Positions 56,944-64,000 of a DNA stretch of 64,000 bases are shown in pieces. A program made the position numbers and the translations under genes. The notes under the pieces were generated by a model, which was given only the letters and a program-made list of their open reading frames with translations, ran no database searches and was not told the DNA's origin. The stretch is taken from contig CBDCXV010000010.1 of NCBI GenBank assembly GCA_965223905.1, forward strand, positions 1,440,001 to 1,504,000, written 5' to 3'. The stretch is from Candidatus Latescibacterota bacterium. Its GTDB lineage: Bacteria; Latescibacterota; UBA2968; UBA8231. Position 1 is the first letter of the stretch; each line of letters begins with the position of its first letter.

Positions 56944-58590
56944 CTAACCGCCGGCACCGATCTTCTCTCGGGCTTCGAGGAGCTTGGCGACGACCGCTTC
57001 GATATCCCCTTCGTCGACGAACGGGGACAGGATGTAGGATTTCAGGGCGACGATCGGCTCCTGGTAGCTGGTCTGCCGGTAGCAGTCGGTCGAGGAAATG
57101 ACGACCCCGCGTCCCGCCATCGCCTCCTCGTGCACGTACTCGAACACTCTCCGGTTGTACTCGTTGCCGGCGAGCAGGCTGTCCCGCCAGGCCGGGTCGT
57201 AGAATTCGCGGCGCTTGATCGAAAAGGTATCGACCCCCGGGGGGTAGGCGCGAAACAGCGTCACCGTGCCGAAGTTGTCCCGGTTGAGCACGGTCGTGCC
57301 CTCGTGCCCTTCGAGGTGCTCGCGCAGGAGCTGGGCCATCTCGACGAGGTGCCCGAGCACCACCTGCAGACCCTGCTCGCCGAAGAGGCGGAAATTGGCG
57401 AGGGCGGCCAGCGGCCCGGTGCCCGCTCTCGATGTTTCGAGGGTGTACATGCCGGGACGGTGGTCGCCGAAGTGATAGAGGTAGGGCATCTCCTCCGGGC
57501 GCCGCGTCACCAGCTGCAGATCGTCGCGGTTCCTTACCAGCACCAGGCTGGAGACGTAGGGGGCGAACCCGGTCTTGTGGAAGTCGACGCCGAGGGAGTC
57601 GGCCAGGGACAGGTGGCGGATGCGGCGTCGGGCCCCGGCCAGGGCGCGCAGGGTGCGGGGGCGAAACCCCAGGGGATTGCCCTCGAAGTCGTAGTCGTTG
57701 AACACCGACCAGGCCCAGCCGATGACGGCGTCGGCGTGTATGTGCGGGGAGTAGGGGAGCTGGAACTCCTCGACGAGGTTGTCCCGCAGGGCGGCGATCT
57801 CCTGCAGGTCGTCCAGCCCGAAGGCATCGGTGGTCCCCAGGGTCGCGATGATGGCGGCGATCCTCTTGCCCTCCGCCAGCGCCTCCCGGGCGGCGCGTCC
57901 CAGTTCGGCCAGGTCGATTTCGTTTTCAGCCGTCGTCGGGATGGCGATCAGGTTGTCCGTGCCGATTCCCAGCCACCCTGCAATGTTGGCGGCGCAGTAG
58001 TGCCCGGCCTCCGAGACCAGCAGGACCGCGTCTTCCGACACCCCCTTGTGCATCGCCTGCGGGCAGGCCTTTTCCAGCCCGATCTTCACCCCGTAGAGGG
58101 TGGTTCCGGTGCCCCCGAAGGTGAACACGCCGCTCGCCCGTTCCGGGTCGTACCCGACCAGCCGGGCGGTGATGCCGGCGGCCTCGACTTCGGCCTGGGC
58201 AACGAGGCGGCTGTACTCGTCCCAGGCGACGTTGGGGTTGTGCAGCGCGGAGAGCAGGACCCCGATCACGCTGGGAATGGTCGTCGGCGGGATGACGTTC
58301 TGCTGGGTGCGGGGATGGCCGAAGATGGTCATGCCGCGCAGGTAGCCGACGAGGTCCGTGGTAACCTCCTCGACAGAGGAGATCTCCGCCGGCAGGGCCG
58401 CCTTTCTCGCCTCGGCGAAATCCCCGGGGATCACGGACCCGAGGACCGGCAGGTGCGATTTGAGCGCGTCGACCTGGTCGAGGGCGCGCATGATGGAGTG
58501 CACGAAATAGGAATCGCGGATCGGGTCGGATACCGGTTGGGGAAAGGCCAGCCGGATTTTCTCGAGGATGTCTCGATAGGGAGCAGTCAT
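56944..58590 (-). CDS. Group II PLP-dependent amino-acid decarboxylase
   Basis: GVFTFGGT, ATLGTTDAFGLD, IHADA, ADSLGVDFHKTG (PLP lysine) and TLETSR. Confidence 0.9.
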   Translation of the reverse strand: MTAPYRDILEKIRLAFPQPVSDPIRDSYFVHSIMRALDQVDALKSHLPVLGSVIPGDFAEARKAALPAEISSVEEVTTDLVGYLRGMTIFGHPRTQQNVIPPTTIPSVIGVLLSALHNPNVAWDEYSRLVAQAEVEAAGITARLVGYDPERASGVFTFGGTGTTLYGVKIGLEKACPQAMHKGVSEDAVLLVSEAGHYCAANIAGWLGIGTDNLIAIPTTAENEIDLAELGRAAREALAEGKRIAAIIATLGTTDAFGLDDLQEIAALRDNLVEEFQLPYSPHIHADAVIGWAWSVFNDYDFEGNPLGFRPRTLRALAGARRRIRHLSLADSLGVDFHKTGFAPYVSSLVLVRNRDDLQLVTRRPEEMPYLYHFGDHRPGMYTLETSRAGTGPLAALANFRLFGEQGLQVVLGHLVEMAQLLREHLEGHEGTTVLNRDNFGTVTLFRAYPPGVDTFSIKRREFYDPAWRDSLLAGNEYNRRVFEYVHEEAMAGRGVVISSTDCYRQTSYQEPIVALKSYILSPFVDEGDIEAVVAKLLEAREKIGAGG

Positions 58591-58688
58591 GCCTATGGCT
58601 CTTCGGTCAGAGGTGTGCAGCGCGATATCGGGACGCTACGGTCTGAGACTTCCGCGGGCGGATATCGGATCCTGCGCCTTCCGGCAGG

Positions 58689-60539
58689 TCAGCGCAGGAA
58701 GAGCAGCTTGCGCGTCAGCTCCGCGGTCCCGGTCTCCAGGCGGTAAAGATAGACGCCGCTGGCGACGAGCAGGCCGTGCCGGTCGCGGCCGTCCCAATGG
58801 ACCCTCCGGTAGCCCGCGGCGACCCGGCCCTGAAACAGGGTGCGGACCTTCTGGCCCCGGAGGTTGTAGACGTGCAGGGCGGCCTCGGCGGAGCGGGGCG
58901 CGTGGAAGGAGAGGACCGTCCCCTGGTTGAAGGGGTTGGGGTAGTTCGGCAGGAGGGCCCAGTCCGTCGGGGCGGCAGTCGAGGCGTTCGCGGTCTGGAC
59001 CGCGGTGGGGCGGCGGAGGACCTCCGGCGGCCCGGAGGTGCGCAGCTGCTCGACAGAGGCGGCGGCCGGTTCGGCGAACGGCCGCGGACCGCCGTCGGCA
59101 AAGGGGCGGGAGCGGACCTCGCGGCCGTCGGCGAGAGTGACGATCAGGTCCCATTTCTCGAGCGGGGTGTCCTCGGAGCCGCCGCAGTCCCAGCGCGCGT
59201 CGGCGTAACGGATATTGTCCACTTCCGGCAGGTCGGGGTTGTAGTCGAACATCGGGTCGACGCTCATCTCGTCGGCAGAGAGGGTGGTGTAGAGCCGGGT
59301 GAGATAGGGCTTTTCGTCGAACAGTTCCTGCAGCCCCTCCAGCGGCTCGACGACGATCCGCTCCAGGTCGTCGGCAAGGGCTCCGGGGTCGAAGTCGAGA
59401 TCGGCGGTCCAGCGGTCGTAGGCGCGCATGTTGTTGTAGAAGGAGCGCTCCGCGATGTCCTGGATCCGGCCTTCCTCCCGCGCCTCGTCGTAGGCATCGC
59501 GGTCCCCGCCGAACACCACTTCGAGCACCCCTTCCTCGAGCACGGAGGCCGGCATCGGGATGTGGCGGCGGATCAGGGTCTGCATCTGGGCGTCGCGGGG
59601 AAAACCCTGCGCCAGGGCGGCCTCGAGGAAGTCGGCCGGGCCCGTCTTTCCGCGCAGCTCCTCCAGGTCGAACTGCGAGAAGATGAAGTCGCCGACGATG
59701 CTGCTGGGGCCGGCGTAGTCGGTGACGAAGGCCTGGCCCCCGGCCTCGTTGGCGGCCTGGGTGACGACCTCGGGGTAGTTGAAGCCGCCATTGAACCAGT
59801 CGATCAGGGCCTCGTTGATCTGCACGTGCAGGTAGTTCTCCGGGATGGCGCGGTGGTCTGCCAGGACCCAGGCGAGGACGCCGAGGTCGGGCACGGTGGC
59901 CACCGCGGTCAGGCGAATCGGGATGCCGGGGGTCTCCGCGGCGTAGGTCATGGCGATCGGCTGCAGGTCGCCGACCTCGCTTTCGGCGGCGAGCTTGAGG
60001 GCGAGGAAGTAGAAGTCCCCCTCGACGTACGGGGTCAGGAGCGGGACCCCGAGGTCGCCGAGCTGGTAGCCGTTGTCGACGAGCCAGTCGACGATGGCCT
60101 GCGGATCCTCGGAGGTGATGACCGCGGTGTCGTACGGGCCGACCCGTTCCTGGGCCACTACTTCGACTTCCGCGGACTCGTCAAGGGCAATTGTCTCGGG
60201 GGATCTGAGAACAATGGGCCGGAAGAAGCAGTCCTCCTGCTCCTTGAAGTTCAGCTGGAAGAAGGGCTGGGTGGCGAACTGCAGCTGGGTGAAGATCTGG
60301 TTGTGGCTCACGGCCAGCTCCGGGACCGAGGGCAGGGGCAGGATCCAGGCGAAGTCCGAGGCGGTGCCGCTGAACAGGAGCTGGACGTGGGTGGTTACGG
60401 TCCCCTCTCCCTGAATGAAGAGGATGTTCTCCGCGACCTGGTTCATCGGGAAGGTGGTGCAGAAGAAGCCGCCGCAGGCGCGCGCGGCCGGGGTCCCGAG
60501 CAGCAGGCAGAGGAACGCGGCATACAGGGATCTGGTCAT
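58689..60539 (-). CDS. Secreted DUF2330-domain protein with FlgD-Ig C-terminal domain
   Basis: Signal peptide then ACGGFFC, FAWILPLP, VGPYD..V, WLVDNGY, FLALKL, IPIRLT and YLTRLYT; C-terminal NYPNPFN...ASGVYLYRL. Confidence 0.88.
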   Translation of the reverse strand: MTRSLYAAFLCLLLGTPAARACGGFFCTTFPMNQVAENILFIQGEGTVTTHVQLLFSGTASDFAWILPLPSVPELAVSHNQIFTQLQFATQPFFQLNFKEQEDCFFRPIVLRSPETIALDESAEVEVVAQERVGPYDTAVITSEDPQAIVDWLVDNGYQLGDLGVPLLTPYVEGDFYFLALKLAAESEVGDLQPIAMTYAAETPGIPIRLTAVATVPDLGVLAWVLADHRAIPENYLHVQINEALIDWFNGGFNYPEVVTQAANEAGGQAFVTDYAGPSSIVGDFIFSQFDLEELRGKTGPADFLEAALAQGFPRDAQMQTLIRRHIPMPASVLEEGVLEVVFGGDRDAYDEAREEGRIQDIAERSFYNNMRAYDRWTADLDFDPGALADDLERIVVEPLEGLQELFDEKPYLTRLYTTLSADEMSVDPMFDYNPDLPEVDNIRYADARWDCGGSEDTPLEKWDLIVTLADGREVRSRPFADGGPRPFAEPAAASVEQLRTSGPPEVLRRPTAVQTANASTAAPTDWALLPNYPNPFNQGTVLSFHAPRSAEAALHVYNLRGQKVRTLFQGRVAAGYRRVHWDGRDRHGLLVASGVYLYRLETGTAELTRKLLFLR

Positions 60540-60826
60540 GATGGCTGACTCCTGTTTTCGAGGGGAGAGGACCATCGCTGTCGGCAAACCGAATATGTGC
60601 CTGTTCAATCACTGGGCAAACGAAACAGGAACGGGGCCAGGAGACTGGAGAAGGCTATCCCGACCCATTCGTGCATCCTCTCGCAGGCACCTGCCCTTCA
60701 GGGCTCCGATCCCTTCCGGCGGCCTCGGCTGTGGCGGAGGCTTCCTCTTTGGAGGGCCCGCTTCCCCTGAGGAGACGGGCCGCGGCTAACCTCAATAGGG
60801 GCCGAGGTTTCCCTCTGGGGCGGGTC

Positions 60827-60952
60827 GCTTCAGTCGCTGTGCGAGGCGGACGGTGCTGTCGCAGGGGATAGGGCGGTCTCAACCTGATGGCTAGCTTCAG
60901 ATGCTGTGCGAGGCGGTTGGCGCTGTCCGGAGTGGATCGGCGGTCTTACCTT
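60827..60952. repeat. Degenerate two-copy tandem repeat, period 67 bp, in a divergent intergenic region
   Basis: gcttcagtcgctgtgcgaggcggacggtgctgtc...ggcggtctcaacct (60827) versus gcttcagatgctgtgcgaggcggttggcgctgtc...ggcggtcttacct (60894). Confidence 0.7.
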
Positions 60953-61189
60953 TTCGCGGCCTTTGGGCATGCCCTCCGTGACTACCTGAAACCCGTGGCC
61001 CGGGTATCCCGGCCTGCCGCGTTGCCGTCAGCGCGCCATGTTCCTCCCAAGTGGTCCATCGCGTTTACGCAGGTCGGGCCCTTCGGCGCCATAAATTCTG
61101 CAGGTTGCCCGGGCAGACCAGCGCTTCCTCCCTTCACAGGCCCGCCTCTGCCGATGAGCGGCGGCCGGTCATCCTCAACCAGACTTCAC

Positions 61190-62191
61190 GTGTCCGTCCC
61201 ACTTTCTCACATCCTGCCGATGCGGCCCTTCCTGCGAGAGATGGTATGGGGCGGGCGGCGCCTCGAGCAGTACGGCAAGCAGTTGCCTCCCGGCGCCTTG
61301 ATAGGGGAGTCGTGGGAGCTGTCGGCCTATCCCGGCATGGAGAGCAGCGTCGCCGGCGGTCCGCTTTGCGGCCGGTCCCTGCAGAGCCTGCTCGAGGAGT
61401 ACGGGGAGCAGCTGGTCGGAGGGCCCTCGTGGGAACGCTGCGAAGGTCACTTTCCGCTGCTCGTCAAGCTGATCGACGCCGGCGCCGACCTCTCGCTCCA
61501 GGTCCACCCCGATGACGGGTACGCGCGCCGCCACGGCCTCGACCGCTTCGGCAAGATGGAGGCGTGGTACCTGCTTCCCGGGGCCACCGGCCGCTTCGCC
61601 GCGGGTCTGAAGGAGGGGGTCACCCGGGAAGAGTTCTCGCGGGCCCTGGCACAGCAGCGGGTTCTCGACACCGTGGAGTTCCACGACGCCGCGCCGGACC
61701 AGGTGGTGTTCGTCCCCCCGGGGGTCGTGCACGCGGCCTGCGCCGGCATCATGATCTACGAGATCCAGCAGTCGAGCGACGTCACCTTCCGCCTCTACGA
61801 CTACGACCGCCCCGGAGCGGACGGCAAGCCGCGCGAGCTCCATGTCGAACGCGGATTGGAAGTGATCGCTTTCGGGGAACCTGCCCCAGCCCCGCTGCAG
61901 GTGGAGACCTCTCCGCCCGAGGGGCGCACGGAGCTGGTGCGCTCGCCGCGCTTCGATCTCGATCTCTGCGTAGTCGGGGAGCTAGGGCAGCGGCTCGCTG
62001 CCGGGGACTCCTTTCTTTCCGTGACCGTCATCGAGGGAGGTCCGCTGGAGTACGGAGCCGGCGACGGTTGCCAAGGCAGTCTCCCTCTCGGGGGGACCGC
62101 CCTGGTTCCCCCCCGCTGCGAGGTGGACGTCCGGGCTGCCGGCCGGACCAAGTGTTTGGCGGCTTCCCCGCCGGGAGGAGGATGCCGGTGA
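61190..62191 (+). CDS. manA: Mannose-6-phosphate isomerase, type I
   Basis: VWGGRRL, GESWELS, FPLLVKLIDA..LSLQVHP, GKMEAWY and EIQQSSDVTFRLYDYDR. Start uncertain (61190 or 61220). Confidence 0.9.
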   Translation: MSVPLSHILPMRPFLREMVWGGRRLEQYGKQLPPGALIGESWELSAYPGMESSVAGGPLCGRSLQSLLEEYGEQLVGGPSWERCEGHFPLLVKLIDAGADLSLQVHPDDGYARRHGLDRFGKMEAWYLLPGATGRFAAGLKEGVTREEFSRALAQQRVLDTVEFHDAAPDQVVFVPPGVVHAACAGIMIYEIQQSSDVTFRLYDYDRPGADGKPRELHVERGLEVIAFGEPAPAPLQVETSPPEGRTELVRSPRFDLDLCVVGELGQRLAAGDSFLSVTVIEGGPLEYGAGDGCQGSLPLGGTALVPPRCEVDVRAAGRTKCLAASPPGGGCR

Positions 62192-63267
62192 AATTCGTCG
62201 TCAGGGCCGGGGGCGCCGGCACCAGGCTGTGGCCGTTCAGCCGCCAGCGGCGGCCCAAGCAGTTCCACGCCATGACCGGGCCGCAGAGCATGATTCAGGA
62301 GGCGGTCGCCCGCGTGCGCCCGCTCGCATCCGCAGAGGATCTCTTCGTGTCGACGGGAACGGCGACGGCCGCCCTCGTGCGCGAGCATCTCGCAGACCTC
62401 GGTCCCGGGCAGCTGATCGTCGAGCCGGCCCTGCGCAACACCGGACCAGCGGTCGGGCTGGAGTGCGCCTTGCTCGAGGGGCGCTACCCGGGCTGCGTCG
62501 TCGCCAGCCTCGGGTCCGACCATTACATCGGGGATCCCGCGGAGTTCCGCCGCCTGCTGACCGTCGCCGAGGCCGCGGTCGAGGAGCACCCGGATTTCCT
62601 GCTGACCATCGGCGTCGTGCCGACCCGGCCCGAGACCGGGTACGGCTACATCCGCAAGGGGGAGGTGTTGTGCGCGATCTCCGGCCAGTCGATCTACAGG
62701 GTGCCGGAGTTCAAGGAGAAGCCGGACGCACAGCTGGCCGCCCAGTACGCCGGCAGCGGCGACTACCTGTGGAACTCCAACATGTTCGTCTGGAAAGCCG
62801 CGACCGTTCTCGACCTGTTCGAGCGCTTCGAGCCGGAGATCTTCGCCGCCCTCGCGGAGATTCGCCAGGCTGCCGCGGCCGGCTCAGCCGATGCGGTGAT
62901 CTCCGGGCTCTACCCCGGCCTGCCGTCGATCTCCATCGACCACGCCGTCCTCGAGCGCGCCCCCCGGGTCGGGACCCTGGAAGGGGAGTTCGCCTGGGGG
63001 GACATCGGCAGCTGGGCTGCCCTGACCGACGTCCTGCCCGCGGACGACGACGGCAATCTGCTCTCGGGAACCGTTCTCGCCATCGACGCGCGCCGCGTCA
63101 CCGCGTACGGCGGCAGGGAGAAGCTGATCGCCCTGGTCGGGGTGGAGGATCTCGTGGTCGTCGACACGGAGGACGCCCTTCTGGTCTGCCGCAAGGACCA
63201 GGCGCAGCGGGTCAAGGAACTGCTCGACCGTCTCGGTGCCGACGGCGGTCTCTCGCGATACATGTAG
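62188..63267 (+). CDS. manC: Mannose-1-phosphate guanylyltransferase
   Basis: GGAGGAGG RBS, AGGAGTRLWPFSRQRRPKQF, EP..RNT, PETGYGYI, FKEKP, WNSNMF and WGDIGSW. Confidence 0.93.
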   Translation: MKFVVRAGGAGTRLWPFSRQRRPKQFHAMTGPQSMIQEAVARVRPLASAEDLFVSTGTATAALVREHLADLGPGQLIVEPALRNTGPAVGLECALLEGRYPGCVVASLGSDHYIGDPAEFRRLLTVAEAAVEEHPDFLLTIGVVPTRPETGYGYIRKGEVLCAISGQSIYRVPEFKEKPDAQLAAQYAGSGDYLWNSNMFVWKAATVLDLFERFEPEIFAALAEIRQAAAAGSADAVISGLYPGLPSISIDHAVLERAPRVGTLEGEFAWGDIGSWAALTDVLPADDDGNLLSGTVLAIDARRVTAYGGREKLIALVGVEDLVVVDTEDALLVCRKDQAQRVKELLDRLGADGGLSRYM

Positions 63268-63418
63268 CACCCGGTCCGGAAATACGGCAGAATCGAAGGC
63301 GTCGCAGGTAAGAGGTTCATCGGCGAATGGTTGACTTCCCCTCACCTTTTCGATGTCTCTGTCGCAGATGGTTGAATCCCTCGCTTTTAAGCGGAATAGT
63401 GACTTCAGGAGGCCGCAA

Positions 63419-63730
63419 GTGAGCGAACATACTCCGAAGCAGCACGGATTGATTGGGATACGTCATCTGGAAAACGCGGTATTGGATATTCTGCTGGAAG
63501 CCTGGCATGAGAAAAAGCCCCTTGGTTTCTGGGAGATCGGCAAACGGACGGGCATGGCCTGCGAAACGGACCTCCTCACCTTTCAGGCAGAAGGAGGTTT
63601 TGGCGGCAGCAGGGGCATTGTTTGGGGCGTCCTGACGAAGCTGGCCAAAGAAAAGCGGGTTCAGGGAAAAAAGGGGCGATGGGAGTTGACCGAAGCGGAG
63701 TTCAATCGGCGTAGAGACAAGTACCTCTAA
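63419..63730 (+). CDS. Small hypothetical protein, winged-helix-like
   Basis: AGGAGG RBS before GTG at 63419. LENAVLDILL...EIGKRTG...IVWGVLTKLAKEKRV...GRWELT; lower GC. Confidence 0.5.
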   Translation: MSEHTPKQHGLIGIRHLENAVLDILLEAWHEKKPLGFWEIGKRTGMACETDLLTFQAEGGFGGSRGIVWGVLTKLAKEKRVQGKKGRWELTEAEFNRRRDKYL

Positions 63731-63851
63731 CGTCCCCCGCGTGTCTGCCGGGGAGCCTGTTTCCGTCCGCGGCACCTTCGTATCTGAGTCCCAAATGAAT
63801 ATCGAGCCGTTCTCGAAGCCCTGACGGACTTCCGGCTTCCCGCAACAACGC

Positions 63852-64000
63852 CTAAGAAGCGCTCAGCTCGCGGATGAAGCGGCAGATCCGGTGCAGGCCT
63901 TCGCTGATCAGCTCTTCCGGTGAGGCGATGGAGATGCGCACGTGGCCGGCGCACATGCTGCCGAAGGTGTTCCCCGGTGCCACCGCGACCTTCTCCTCGG
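63852..64000 (-). CDS. Class I/II PLP aminotransferase, C-terminal end (partial)
   Basis: EEKVAVAPGNTFGSMCAGHVRISIASPEELISEGLHRI...*. Confidence 0.8.
   Translation of the reverse strand, partial: EEKVAVAPGNTFGSMCAGHVRISIASPEELISEGLHRICRFIRELSAS

Noticed and set aside
60827-60952. Possible mini-CRISPR (34-bp repeats starting GCTTCAG, 33-bp gap)
   Set aside because: Only two imperfect copies, the would-be spacers resemble each other, and there are no cas genes; this is a tandem duplication.

Overview
High-GC bacterial chromosomal window. Its secreted proteins ending in an FlgD-Ig 'PNPFN' domain, the WD40 fusion and the two PhyH genes resemble Latescibacterota/Poribacteria-like host-associated bacteria; this taxonomy is inference only. 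Core-type genes include katG, an RND efflux pair, MgtE/MscS/YihY membrane proteins, a group II PLP decarboxylase, manA and manC. The most striking structure is a roughly 20-kb mosaic (19.6-39.3 kb) directly downstream of the RND permease. It holds five same-orientation, variably truncated or deleted remnants of an ISCR/IS91-family rolling-circle element, four of which keep an oriIS-like ...CCTATAC end. They alternate with candidate defence genes (HEPN-like, NYN, a sacsin-like GHKL ATPase with DUF3883, an AIPR remnant, HNH, HEPN) and broken gene fragments, including a diverged copy of the RND gene's 3' end. Two more ISCR remnants lie elsewhere in the window. Other mobile DNA includes ISAzo13 and IS1182-like remnants, an intact IS3 with a 3-bp target duplication, and two near-identical ISKra4 copies. 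Also notable are a lower-GC RavA/ViaA-like pair and an M9 collagenase-WD40-Ig-EF-hand-FlgD fusion protein. No rRNA, tRNA or CRISPR array was recognised. All family calls come from motif recognition by eye, not database searches.
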